This document shows, one piece after another, positions 13,357-27,442 of a stretch of 64,000 nucleotides of DNA. The stretch spans positions 195,486,001 to 195,550,000 of the forward strand of contig OX597815.1 of NCBI GenBank assembly GCA_951406725.2, read 5' to 3'. The position numbers were made by a program, and so were the translations under genes. Source of the DNA: Octopus vulgaris (taxonomy: Eukaryota). The first letter of the stretch is position 1. The number at the start of each line of letters is the position of its first letter. The notes beneath the pieces were generated by a model that saw nothing but the letters and a program-made list of their open reading frames with translations, was not told the DNA's origin and searched no databases.

Positions 13357-14097
13357 ATACACGCTCTTAATTTCAAAATGTTGAAGATCCACATGGAGAA
13401 TACTTTAACCGTTATTCTGGGAACTACTGTGGAAATTTGAGGAAATAAGGAATAACCTGCGGTCTGCACCTCAGCCTGGAATTTTGTTAGTTTTTACTTA
13501 ACGTAAGATGAAGTCACTTTTTAAAAGTTTCGGGGCAGATCATCATTCCCTTGTGTATACAGCATCACTTTTGCTGGGTAGCAATTATGCACAACAGTGG
13601 ACAACGACATTTGCGCATTTGGGATTGACTTACGCCATTGACATATAACGGTGTTTTGAGATTTTCTTAGTCAGCATTAAAGACATAATTATGGTCTGAT
13701 AATTTCTCTATAGCACATGAACTTTATTATTTGTAGAATAATTTTGTTAGCATATATTTGTTTCTGTAGTTTAATCACTATATTTGTAACATGTATATTT
13801 TGACTTAAACTTCATATACATTTGTTTATTCTATAATTTAGATACAGTAAATGTTGCTCCCAGTTAACAAGCACATTGAAAATCTAATTAACAATGAATC
13901 GTTTGTTATAGTTATTTATTCTCGTTAGGTAGTTTTTGCCCTGTGTCTATTGTTTTTGCATTAATTTTTACATTAATTTCATCTATGATATAAATCTAAT
14001 TTAATTACAATTTGATTTTTATTTATCTTACTTTTTACTGTTATGCTACTTAAAGTAGCAACTTTTCGCTTATTGTTTCAATAACATTTAACATATT

Positions 14098-14518
14098 ATA
14101 GGCGCAGGATTGTCTGTGTGGTAAGTAGCTTGCTTACCAATCTCATGGTTACGGGTTCAGTCCCACAACGTGACATCTTGGGCAAGAGTCTTCTACTATA
14201 GCCGCGGGCTGACCAGAGCCTTGTGAGTGGGTTTGGTAGACGGAAACTGAATAAGCCTGTCGTATGTATGTGTATATGTATGTGTGTGTATATGTTTGTA
14301 TTTCTGTGTTTGTCTCCGCAACATCACTTGACATCCGGTGCTGGTGTGTAAACGTCCCCGTAACTTAGCGGTTCGGCAAAGGAGACCGATAGAATAAGTA
14401 CTAGGCTTACAAAAGAATAAGTCCTGGGGTCGATTTGCTCGACTAAAGGCTGTGCTCCAGCATGGCCGCAGTCAAATGACTGAAGCAAATAAAAGAACAT
14501 CAGAAAGAAAAGAAAGAA
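14098..14518 (+). mobile_element. SINE family A, full length
   Basis: ATAGGCGCAGG head to AAAGAAAAG tail on the + strand. Confidence 0.9.
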
Positions 14519-14928
14519 TATGTTTTGGATGTTGACCTTTGCTTCTCTTTCATCTTGTACATTGTTCGGGGACGATAGTTGTAAGATCTACTGTTATACT
14601 AGTTTTTGTTAGATTGCTTTTGTCCGTGGTATCATGCTTGTGATGCGATGAAAACGTATCAATTAGTCTTCATATCGTATGGTCAATATTTTTCCGTTCT
14701 CTTTCTGCTGTTACTTGTTGAATAGATATTTCCTTTTTTCACCTCAAGATGTTGATTTTGCTTTTTCTTTTATGTTACAAATTTTAGTATCACAATGTTC
14801 TTGCTTGGAGCAACTTCTTTGTTTCATTGCTACAGTTTTGAAATATGAAGTTAATCCTGGCTTATAGTTACTTCTTCTAAGAAGTGATTATAAGCATCAG
14901 CATGGCCCCAGCTCTGAGCTGAAACTAG

Positions 14929-14972
<44 letters not shown>

Positions 14973-14979
14973 AGAAAGA

Positions 14980-15346
14980 GCACTCCGTCGGTTACGACGA
15001 GGAGTGTTCTAGTTGATCCGATCATCGGAGCAGCCTGTTCGTGAAATTCACGTGCAAGTGGCTGAGAACTCTACAGACATGTGTACTATTAACGTAGTTC
15101 TCAGGGAGATTCAGCGTAAGACGGAGTGCGACAAGGCTGACCCTTTGAAATACAGGTACAACACAAAGAGGAAGAAAGAGAGAAAGAGTGAAAGAGTACA
15201 GCAGTGTTCACCTCCGCCTGTCTGAGCCTGGTGGAGCTTTAGGTATTGTCGCTCAATGAACACTCACAACGCCCGGTCCAGGTATCGAAACCACAATCCT
15301 AAGACTGCGAGTCCACTGCCCTAACCACTGGGCTATTGCGCCGCCA
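14980..15346 (-). mobile_element. tRNA-derived SINE, family C
   Basis: Minus-strand head GGCGCAATAGCCCAGTGGTTAGGGCAG..GGTTTCGATACC (A/B boxes) and 3' end GTCGTAACCGACGGAGTGC. Homologous to 31890-32253 and 50835-51120. Confidence 0.85.
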
Positions 15347-15349
15347 CAT

Positions 15350-16010
<661 letters not shown>

Positions 16011-17064
16011 CAGGGGTCGGGAATTTGGAAACTCAGTCGGTTATTTCAATGTTTTGTTTTGGGGGATCTTAATCCCACTGTTATTGTTATTTTTAGAAAT
16101 TGCTTTACGCATCACTTCAGACTGCTTGTTTGTCTGAAGGATAGGTCAATACGGATAATACGATTTATGAACTGACAGATGAAATTTTCAAGTGTCTTAC
16201 AATATACAATAGGTGACAGTTGCCCGCTGAGTTAGATTTGCAGATTTGTTGCGTGCAGTGTTTTCATCCCATTTCAAATGACATGAATATTGAAAAAGTT
16301 TTGTTATTTCTTCCGCTATAGAATTTGGCTACAGAATAACAGAAATTATTCTTGTATACTTCGTATATAGAATAGTTGCAATTTATTGTAATAATGACAT
16401 AACTGTTGTAGTCTGCAATGCCTTTTCTACGTTAGTCTAAATGTTTTCACTCTCGAGAGCTGTCTGTATTACAGCCAGACTGTCAATGTCACTAATGCAG
16501 TGTCGACTTGTTGGTTGTTTATAAGACGGGCGAAAGAAAATGGTTGCCATGTTAGTGTTACAGTTTATCTTTAGCCGTTTGTTTTTCTGAAAATATTTTA
16601 CTCTGTTTTTCGTGTTACTGTCGCAAAATTCCATTCAATAAGCGCATAGTCATTTTCCACCCAAATAATTAAAAATATATGTTGGTGTGGTTGTGTGTGT
16701 ATCTGCGTATGCATGTACGTGTGTGAGTGGTATATGTATATTATTAGCAAAATAATCTCACAGATCATTGTTACATAATTTGAACCATTGTAATGTGGAG
16801 ATGTAATATTTGTAGAAACCAGGCACTCATAAAAACATTGTCAATACCCGTTTCTTTCACTTCTGCCGTGTATTTAATTGTGCACAATTAAATTACAGGT
16901 TATGAATGAAATCAGAATCGTGGTTAGTCTTACATTATTATTTTATTTGAATGATGAGAACAGTTTTATAGTATGAAAAGAGTTATTCTACCGTGTCTTT
17001 TGACCTGTTGGACATGTTAGCAAATCTCTTTTTAATCTTTTTTATGAAACAATATTTTGAATGG

Positions 17065-17212
17065 GAAAGGCGGGCGAAATACTTAGCAGTTTATGTCTGC
17101 CTTTACCTTCTGAGTTCTAATTCCGCCGAGGTCGACTTTGCCTTTCAGCATTTCGGGGTCCATAAATTAAGTACCAGTTGCGTACTAGAGTTGATCTAAT
17201 CGACTGTACCCC
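17065..17212 (+). mobile_element. SINE family B, degraded partial copy
   Basis: GGCGAAATACTTAGC..GAGTTCTAATTCCGCCGAGGTCGACTTTGCC..AAGTACCAGTT. Confidence 0.75.
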
Positions 17213-18500
17213 TCTGTGATCAATGAAATTGACTACCCACCTCTCATTCACATCCTTTAAATAGCACGGGAAATGAATTACGTTTCGAGTGTGTCATTAT
17301 GATTCGACTGATGAGTGGCCAATAAACAACTGAGTGGCCAATACAGAACTAATACGCATTTTAATTATATTAATGCAAATAAGCAACGGAAATGGTGGAA
17401 ATGTGTGAATAAAAATTTGTTACAAAATTAGTTTGGGACATTTGTTTCAGAATGTTAACTGATGATACGTCTTTTGTTAAATAGATTCAATCAGTTTTAC
17501 CATTTCCTATTCAGTAATATTTATTGTTTCTGGCATAACAAATCAATAATCATATATGCTTTATCAATGGCATTATGCAATTTGAATACCGGATATTCTT
17601 CCCTCAATGACCGAATAGATAGGTAATTCTGTATATTATTCCATCAAGCCGTTTAATCAATTTCAACAAAAGCTTCAGCATACAAAAATATAGAATAGGG
17701 ACAAACATACAGGATTACAGAATGGTGCAAGTACACATGATTATAGAATAGAGAGAAGCATGTAAGCTTGTATCGTATTAACGTCTAAGTAACACCAAAC
17801 AAAAAAAATACGTAGGAATTTACATGGCATAAACGAAAAATCTTTTGGTTGTATTCATTCTGTCAAATCCAGCTTCCTTGCAACTTACAAAGGTAAAAGA
17901 AAACATGACTCAGAACCCTTCCTCGGTGTAACAATAACCAATAGTCCTGATTGTATATTTTAATATAAATATTTGCAATTCTTCGCTTCTTCTACGATGA
18001 GTTTTCAATAGTGGGACAAAACCAAAGGAAACAAATGCATAAACGTATATTCGATTGCCAGAATCAAGTGAGAGTATTAAATAGAAAACGTACAATAAAC
18101 AGGAATTATCTACTTCACAATATTTTGTGAATAGAGGATAATTGTTCACGAGGGAAAAACAAATTTTGTTTGTTACGCCAAATTTCATATGACAGGTAAA
18201 TCGTAGCATAATTCGTAAAAAATATACCACCTCTCTAACTACAACGTATATGAATGATTGATGAGCATTTTAATAGTGCATCTACATTTGTAAATATTTA
18301 GGGAAATGATAAAATAAACAGAGAAATTCGCATATAATCTCACTTTCGCCACACATATATCTAGAGAATGTATATATATATATATGTATATATGTCATCA
18401 CGTTTCACTAGTTTTATTTTGATCGCGTGCTTTCACTGCACTACTGCGCGCAAGCCTGTGTTCCTTGGGTAAGTAGTGTGGTTTGTTGCGGTGCTCTTAC

Positions 18501-18568
<68 letters not shown>

Positions 18569-18577
18569 TAATAATAG

Positions 18578-18617
<40 letters not shown>

Positions 18618-18647
18618 AAATGATATAATAATGATAATAATAATAAT

Positions 18648-19058
18648 ACGTGTCTAAAAGACATGGAGAAACTTTCAAAATACAAAGACCTGGAAATATA
18701 GGTAACCAGAATGTGGAATCTAAAAACAGAAACAATTCCTATCATAGTAGGTGCATTAGGCATGATAAAAAATAATTCCGACAAATACATAACAACAACA
18801 CTAGGACTTACAAACACATATAACATACATAAAATTGCACTACTAGACACTGCACACATCCTACGCAGAACACTTTCCATACAATAACCATCAGAGCATC
18901 ACAACAAATCACAGCACATACCCAAGGCACACAGAGCTGCGCTCGGTAGTGAAGTGAAAGCATGCTATAAAAATAAAGCTACTGAATAATAATATTAATA
19001 ATAATAATAATAATAATAATAATGATAATAATAATGATAATAATAATAATAATAATAA
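18648..19058 (+). mobile_element. 3' end of an R4/Dong-clade non-LTR retrotransposon in a (TAA)n array
   Basis: Translates as EKLSKYKDLEI*VTRMWNLKTETIPIIVGALGMI..KIALLDTAHILRRTLSIQ*, the C-terminal end of a restriction-like endonuclease domain. A short 3'UTR and (TAA)n tail follow, and (TAA)n also lies upstream (18501-18647). Confidence 0.85.
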
Positions 19059-19192
19059 CATTTTAAACACATATTTTATCTGTGAATTTGCGTGTGTAAT
19101 CTGGGAATGCATACAATGAGCTCCTCTGCCCTAGGTGTATGGAAAACACCCGGCGAGAAACGGAAGAAAATTTGAAGAAAGAAGGAAAAAAC

Positions 19193-19296
<104 letters not shown>

Positions 19297-19462
19297 GAGT
19301 GAAAGATTAATGCATGCCATCAAAGTGACACTGGGGTACAATTTCAGGAAGCCCAATTTCGAAGATTCGTCCGGTTGCCGGTTTAGTCGCCGGTGACTCA
19401 ACGATTCCATAATGCCTCATGTTAATCATTCTGGTTATTAATCAATCTGGGTAAATATTTAC

Positions 19463-19885
19463 CTCTTTTACTCTTTTACTCTTTTACTTGTTTCAGTCAT
19501 TTGACTGCGTCTATGCTGGAGCACCGCCTTTAGTCGATCAAATCGACCCCGGGACTTATTATTTGTAAGCCCAGTACTTATTCTATCGGTTCTTTTGCCG
19601 AACCGCTAATGGCGGGGACGTAAACACACCAGTATCGGTTGTCAAGCAATGCTAGGGGGACAAACACAGACACACAAACCGCCCCCCCCATATATATATA
19701 TATATATATATACATATATACGACAGGCTTCTTTCAGTTTCCGTCTATCAAATCAACTCACAAGGCATTGGTCGGCCCGAGGCTTAGCGGAAGACACTTG
19801 CCCAAGATGCCACGCAGTGGGACTGAACCCGGAACCATGTGGTTGGTTAGCAAGCTACTTACCACACAGCCACTCCTGCGCCTAT
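19463..19885 (-). mobile_element. SINE family A, full length
   Basis: Colinear with other family-A copies. Confidence 0.92.
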
Positions 19886-20398
19886 TCACCTGTTCCCTGT
19901 TATAATTTCACTACTATTCCTATAATCTCTCCGTATCTTAATATTTACTTATTCACTACTAAAGTTTCACAATTTTTACTATACTTATATTATTACTAAA
20001 GGCCTAGGGGTCCCAATATTTTCTCCCATGTTCCCTTTAGACAACAAATAGTTGCAGATTTTCAGCTATTGGTTCATCTGCTGCTGATGTTGCGACGTTA
20101 GATAGAGAAGCCGGCTTGTGTCCACTAATACAGGCTGCTTTATTGGAACACTTGTGGACATGACTGGTAGCAGATTCGAGGCGTGTGCCTATTTACGAAC
20201 CTGTGGTTTCTTGCGTCAGCTGCGTATCTCGACTTCATGTGTGTGTGCGTGTGTGTGTGCGTGTGTGTGTGCGTGTGTATGCGTTCCTGTGTTACGATTG
20301 TGTGCGTGTATGCGTCTGTGTTTATAGAGCTGTGCGGAGGTACCTGCTCTGTACGTCGCCTGTTAATATTGATGTTTGGATAATTGTCGAATCTATAT

Positions 20399-20626
20399 CT
20401 CTTTACTCTTTTACTCTTTTACTTGCTTCAGTCATTTGACTGTGGCCATGCTGGAGCACCGCCTTTAGTCGATCAACTCGACCCCGGGACTTATTCTTTG
20501 TAAGCCCAGTACTTATTCTATCGGTCCCTTTTGCCGAACCGCTAAGTGATGGTGACGTGAACACACCAGCATCGGTTGTCAAGCAATGCCAGGGGGATAA
20601 ACACAGACACACAAACATATACACAC

Positions 20627-20679
<53 letters not shown>

Positions 20680-20847
20680 TACGACGGGCTTCTTTCAGTT
20701 TCCGTCTACCAAATCCACTCACAAGGCTTTGGTCGGCCCGAGGCTATAGTAGAAGACACTTGCCCAAGATGCCACGCAGTGGGACTGAACCCGGAACCAT
20801 GTGGTTGGTAGGCAAGCTACTTACCACACAGCAACTCCTGCGCCTAT
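20399..20847 (-). mobile_element. SINE family A, full length
   Basis: Colinear with other family-A copies. Confidence 0.92.
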
Positions 20848-21043
20848 GTACATTTCTGTCTTTATATGTATACTATAAATGAGTGTCTGTTTGTCTAGAT
20901 GGACATGTATGCGTGCTTGCGTGGTTTGCATCTTGTGTGTGTGCATGCACATACATTCATGCTTTTGGTATTTGCGTGTGAAGCATAGCAGATGTATGTT
21001 ACTGTGCTTGCAACATATGTCTGTAAATATATCTCTCTATCTC

Positions 21044-21183
<140 letters not shown>

Positions 21184-21213
21184 TGCATATATATATATGC
21201 ATATATATATATA

Positions 21214-21249
<36 letters not shown>

Positions 21250-21288
21250 TATAATACAAGTGTATAAAGATTTATATACATACAAACA

Positions 21289-21321
<33 letters not shown>

Positions 21322-22059
21322 TTATATATATATACATGCAGCAAGCACACACATACACACTCTCACACGCAACCGTGCACACATAATTACATATAACGCA
21401 AATAATACAATCACATATATGGATGCATGTGCAATCGCACATTGGTGAGCATATATATTCAGGTGTTTGTGTTTGTCGATAAGTCGATAAGAGTGCGTAT
21501 CTGTGCCTCTCTAGGTGTGTGCAGATAAAACACTATAGAACACTTACGTGTCATATTTAGCTGGCAGAAGACAAAGAAATTCGTGTTGGAGCTAATTGTT
21601 TCCATGTATTTTTCGCTCCACCTTTTTCTATGTTCAAATCCCTCCAGCCTTATCTATGACAAAACAGTGCATGCTTCATGTGTGTAGCCTATAAGAGGAT
21701 GCAATGTGCGGCATAAAAGAATTCATGGTAGTCAATATTAGATCTTGTTTCTAAAAATGAATTTATACCGCAAATTACATTATGTGGTTATTTATAACAT
21801 AGCACGACTGAATTTTACTAGGTCTTCATTGTCTCGGGCGTGATAATGCACTTCTCGAAAATGAATAGGAGAGTAAGCTACAGATGTGGAACATGAGATT
21901 GGTTTAGAAAATTTCGCTGTTTAATATATTCAGTCACTCAAAACACTTGTCGGTTCGTCATCTTTTCCATTTTCGATTTTAACTTTACTTCTATTTTCAT
22001 TTTATTTTTTTACAATGTTTTTTTTTTTTTCATGAAAAGATATGAACAACATCAACCTC

Positions 22060-22990
22060 GATTAGTGTACAGTAATCAGCCCACGTCAACACTTACCTCT
22101 CTTGACGTAGAGCCTGTGTACCTTTGCCTTAGTGTGGAGGGCACCATGCATTGTCATTGTCTTTCGGATAGTGCGATCGGGTTGGTCAATCTCCGCTTGT
22201 GTCCATCTCAGGATGGGAGAACTATAGGGGACTACAGTAACAGCCCGTACATTGATGGCAGTTACAAGGTTCCTTAAGATCAGCTTTGATTTCAAGAGAA
22301 ATTTGAGGCGCTTGAAAAATGCATTGATGTCTTTAATTTCTCTGTGTAAGATACTTATTTCTTTATTACCCACAAGGGGCTAAACACAGAGGGAATAAAC
22401 AAGGACAGACATAGGTATTAAGTCGATTACATCGACCCCAGTGCGTAACTGGTACTTAATTTATCGACCCCGAAAGGATGAAAGGCAAAGTCGACCTCGG
22501 CGGAATTTGAACTCACAACGTAACGCAGACGAAATACCGCTAAGCATTTCGCCCGGCGTGCTAACGTTTCTGCCAGCTCACCGCCATCTCTGTGTAAGAT
22601 ACTGTCTAGCTCCAGGATCCCAAGGTACTTATACCCATCATCTTCCGGATCTTCTATTCTTTCTCCGTTTGGCAATTCTATGCCACTACAAATTACACTT
22701 TTCCCTCGCTTCAAATTAAGCCCTGCACACTTCGACATGCCGAATTCCATCCCTATACCCTTGCTGCACATTTGCACAGTCTCAACCAGCCTCTCCATTT
22801 CAGGCTCTATTCTTTCGAACAGTTTTAACTCATCCATAAAGAGGTTGTTGAGATGAAGTCCGTTTTTTCTCAGCTCATAGTGCACGTTGATTTTACGTAG
22901 GACTACAGAAAGTGGGATCAAGGCTATAACAAATAACAGAGGTGAACAATAGTCTCCTTGGAAGACACCACATTTGATTATTACATCGGC
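22060..22990 (-). pseudogene. R4/Dong-clade LINE reverse transcriptase fragment interrupted by a SINE
   Basis: CGVFQGDYCSPLLFVIALIPLS..LFMDELKLF..IGMEFGMSKCA..GYKYLGILE continues after the SINE as ..LKSKL..NLVTAINVRAV..WTQAEIDQPDRTIRKTMTMHGALHTKAKVHRLYVKR. Confidence 0.88.
22356..22586 (-). mobile_element. SINE family B, full length, with a 17-bp TSD
   Basis: Perfect direct repeat TCTCTGTGTAAGATACT at 22339-22355 and 22587-22603. Confidence 0.95.
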
Positions 22991-24229
22991 TAAGTGCAGT
23001 AGCGATGGGGAATAAAAGAGCTTTAAGCTTGCTAAAATATATTTATGACACATTTTCACTTGTAAAGGTAAGCTCGCAGCAGATACAGTGTAAACAGACT
23101 GTGAATATGGTATTTGTACACCTTATTGTAATAAGAGAGAACATTTTCTTAACTGCAACTATAGCGAATTTGTCCATAAAAGAGTTAAAGTGTCACAAAT
23201 GCATTTCAATTAACCTACAGTTCGTTTATTCTTCATCAGTGCATACACACACTCGTACACATACATGCGCACACACATACACACACACACAAATTATACT
23301 TAAATGTATACAAATACTTGAATATGTTTAAGTGCGCGCACACACACACTCGTACGTGCACACACACATATATGTCAATCTATATTAGTGTCAATTTCTT
23401 GCATTAAATATCTTATTAATTAGAATTCGATGTTATGTTATTAATAATAAATGAGACTATATTCCATATAGCATTATAGTTCTTTAAGAGGACTGCATAA
23501 ATTTCAATAGCTTGAGTAGTTTTAATTGATGAGCGCTCATAGGCGTGAATAATTGTAATTTGAATAAATGATTTATAGTCTTCTATACAGCAATGACGTG
23601 TTAGATATTTATGGCCGCCTCGCAATACATAAATCACGTGAGGTTTATTTGACGCATATCTAAGAAATCAACACAACGTAGTCAACTTCCTTCCGAAAGA
23701 AACTTGCAAATGAGACATTATGTCTGTGTTAAAATGTTGGACTAACAAAAGGATGAATACAAATGTATTTAAACCAGTACAATAATCAATAATTATTCCA
23801 TAATACCCACACGGAATCTCCGAACGAATCTACAAGTGAATGCGTCGTTTATTAGGGAGTCTCACTACGTTTCTATCCGAGTTCAATCTCTCTTAAATAT
23901 ATACCTGTGCATTGAATGGTTAACACTAAAGTCATTATTAAAGAATATATCCTATAACATTCTTCTTCACAACTATTTTAAACTAAATTACAAGGCATTT
24001 CTAGGTCGCGGACCACGGAACCATCTATGCATTGCTTTGAATTGTTTGGGAACATTCTCAAGAGTAAACTACCATTTTTGGAAATCTATACCTCAAACAC
24101 CATTGATATTATTTACGATTACACATACACGAAATGTCCATTGTTGGAGTCTGGCAATTAATGGTTTGTTATACGCAGGTAAGTTTTGAAACAAAATGTG
24201 GTGGGATACGTTATTCAGAAAATATTTTT

Positions 24230-24350
24230 ATAGGCGTAGGAGTGGCTCTGTGGTAAGTAGCTTCCTTACGAACCACATGGTTCCGGGTTCAGTCTTCTAC
24301 TTTAGGCTTGGGCCGATCAAAGCCTTGTGAGTGGATTTTGTAGACGGAAA

Positions 24351-24401
<51 letters not shown>

Positions 24402-24616
24402 ATATTTGTGTATCTGTGTTTGTCCCCCCAACATCACTTGACAACCGATGCTGGTGTGTTTACGTCCCCGTAACTTAGCGGTTCGGCATAAGAGACCGAT
24501 AGAATAAGTACAAGGCTTACAAAGAATAAGCCCTGGGCTCGATTTGCTCGACTAAACGCGGTGCTCCAGCATGGCCACAGTCAAATGACTGAAACAACTA
24601 AAAGAGTAAAAGAGTA
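24230..24616 (+). mobile_element. SINE family A with an internal deletion after the B box
   Basis: Colinear with family A except for about 30 missing bases around the CORE-like motif. Confidence 0.9.
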
Positions 24617-26370
24617 TAACTGTGGTCATTATACCTTTTGTAGAACCGTGAAAGGCTGGCTTGCACGTACCATTATTACGTTATCACCTTCATTATTAGA
24701 ATACGTTCTCAGCAAAGAATATGTTCATTCTTTAACTGTCATTAATATTAGATTCGTCGCGCGAGTGTAGAAAAGTGGTGGAATTTTCCTTTTATAATAC
24801 TCGCAGACGTATCATTTCGGTTAATTATTTCCTTTTTCCATTGAATAGAACCATGTATCTCATAGAAGTTTCAATTAAACCTAAGTCGCTGCACAAATAC
24901 ACCTGGGAATTATTACTTTAGCTTAAAGCTTCTTTTCTTTTTTTTCAATTTATCTAAACACAGCTGAAAAACAGAATTAAATGTAGGCCTGAATAATCAG
25001 AATTTTATTGTCTGCTCCTGAAGAGAAAATAAAATCTGGAAAAATTCGACGTATGTCAGATTTACAGTTGAGTTATTCTGCACAAAGAACAGCTGCCATT
25101 GATTTCTTCACACGCTGTCAGAGATTATATTATCAAGCAAATCCGTGACTATCTTTCTCACAGTAAAACACTATTTTATGTCTGTTGTACTTCGAAAATA
25201 CCGAAGAACTAATGGACGAAGCATTGTGTGATAATACATCGAATAAAAGCTTGATAAGACCGAAACAATGCGAGATGAAATGCCAAGTGAAGTACAATAC
25301 CCGACAGCAATTTACATTTTACTTAGCAATTTGATATTTCTGAGTTAGGACCTCTTCTTCGGGACAGGTGCAGAAATGGGACATGAGGTAAATTGTTACT
25401 CAAATATGTGAAAAGAAGGTAGGAGCATGTGCATTCTGGTGTTGTGATAGCGAGTCGGATTCGTGTGCTGCTTTTTCCTGATGTATGATCTTTATAATAA
25501 GTATGATTTCCTTGACTTGAAGCTTTCCTGGATCATTAGAACAGACAGACGACGAAAAGAAGATGAAAAAATTATTTTGTATCAATTTTGTTTCTGCCTG
25601 GTAAATTAACGTCTCAATTGGGAGATTTTTGGTGGAGATCGATAACAATAGAGGGTTAGAATTGTGTATTGGTGTCCGAAAATCAAGTATCTCTCCCTGC
25701 TGTTTGCATATACTGAAATATTCTATGAAAATCTGAAGGGCATATCATTAATGTATGATTTTCATGTAAACCTGAGACACTATTTCATTCGGAATTCTCC
25801 GAGCTACACTATACTTCTTAACTCCCCTTTTCCAATAGCCAGGCGTTTCTCAAAACATCAGACTATATCTTCTACAGGTGTACACTTCGTGACATTTATT
25901 GACTGTTCAATCTTTACTGTTAACTTCTGTTGAGACTCGAAGGAATCTTAATCGTTATATTTCTATTCAGCTTCAGATTGTGATGCCGGAATTTCTTGCA
26001 AATACCTTTTAACTCATTTTTAAAAAAGTATATACTTTGTATATGCTAAGCTTATATTTAATGTTTTGCATTCATTCGGTTCAAAGTATAAATATATGTT
26101 TCCTTTTTTTTTTTAAGTATTGTCATATCGCTAATACTTTCTGTAGCTTACAGAACGGATTTCCGTTTTCGAAATACATGACGACACACTTATTATTTTC
26201 TATTCTATTTTACTTTACAGCGAATGAGCGTACAGTGTAGGAACAAGTCTCTGTAGTAAATAAAAATCTTTGAATTATTTATTCAAGTATTACCTTAAAT
26301 CTGTTGGTTTTTCTTTAAATATAATAGTTAGAGTAGGTTTCTCGTGTAGTAAGATTTCAAACATTTCATC

Positions 26371-26934
26371 GAATATTAAATTGCTATTCTGTATTACGCC
26401 GCAAAATTTCAGTACAGAGCACACATATCAGTGTCCCTGCTGCTACTCTCACAAAATGTTTTTCGTCATTATCACAGCAATCTAACATTGTATTCATGGT
26501 CTAATAAGGCATGTGATACCATCTTTTCTATAGAATCGTCTAACTTGTTAGTATGTCTATATAGCTATAGAAATATAATCAGGATCTCACACTTACATTC
26601 AAAAGTCGTTTTGGCATTTTATTTAAACCAGGGTTAGTTCTTCTTGTTAGAAGAATATTAAATTTCTATTCTGTATTACGCCGCAAAATTTCAGTACACA
26701 GCACACATATCAGTGTCCCTGCTGCTACTCTCACAAAATGTTTTTCGTCATTATCACAGCAATCTAACATTGTATTCATTGTCTAATAAGGCATGTGATA
26801 CCATCTTTTCTATAGATTAGTCTAATTTGTTAGTATGTCTATATAGCTATAGAAATACAATGAGGATCTCACAATTGCATTCAAAAGTCGTTTTGGCATT
26901 TTATTTAAACCAGGGTTAGTTCTTCTTGTTAGAA
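26371..26934. repeat. Tandem duplication, 2 x 282 bp
   Basis: 26371-26652 and 26653-26934 are near-identical, with only a few substitutions. Confidence 0.93.
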
Positions 26935-27185
26935 AGTTATTCCTTAGTGGAGATATTGTATTGTCAATCCATAGCAGTATTATTACCGACTTCATAAGTT
27001 TAAGGACTAAGTCAACTACAGATATTGTTTTTTCTCTAATCACTACAAATAATTCCTTTTCGTATCTTTGGTGTTGTTTTTTTATAGGTATTTCTCCAAA
27101 ATTTATCATATTGTGTCAATAATGTTGTCTGAGGCAAATCAGTGAATAACAAATTCACTTAAGAGATGACATAGCTTTAACCAGT

Positions 27186-27442
27186 GGAGGCACATGGCCT
27201 AGTGTTTAGAGCAGGGATCGCGGGTTCGAATCTCAGACCGGGCGGTGTGTGTGTTTATGAGCGAAACACCTAAGCTCCACACGGCTCTGGCAAAAGGTAA
27301 TGGCGAACTTCTGCTGACTCTTTCGCCACAACTTTCTCTCATTCTTTCCTCCTGCATCTTGCAGCTCACCTGAGACGGACCGGCGTCCCGTCCAGGTAGG
27401 GAACCTATACGCCATGGAAACCGGGAAACCGGCCCTAATGAG
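27186..27442 (+). mobile_element. SINE with a family-C head/body and a different 3' module
   Basis: Head GGAGGCACATGGCCTAGTG..GGTTCGAATCTCAGACCGGGCG and body GAGCGAAACACCTAAGCTCCAC as in family C, then an unrelated tail GGACCGGCGTCCCGTCCAGG..GAAACCGGGAAACCGGCCC. Confidence 0.8.

Noticed and set aside
13380-13700. Possible DD37D/Tc1-like transposase remnant (also 16008-16620)
   Set aside because: The similarity is faint and frameshifted, with no paired TIRs.
17308-17345. CTGATGAGTGGCCAATA as a hammerhead core
   Set aside because: It is only a short tandem duplication (TGAGTGGCCAATA twice), with no GAAA or helix III.
25330-25368. Minus-strand CCGAAGA-AGAG..CUC-AGAAA hammerhead-like motif
   Set aside because: No helix I pairing around the putative cleavage site.
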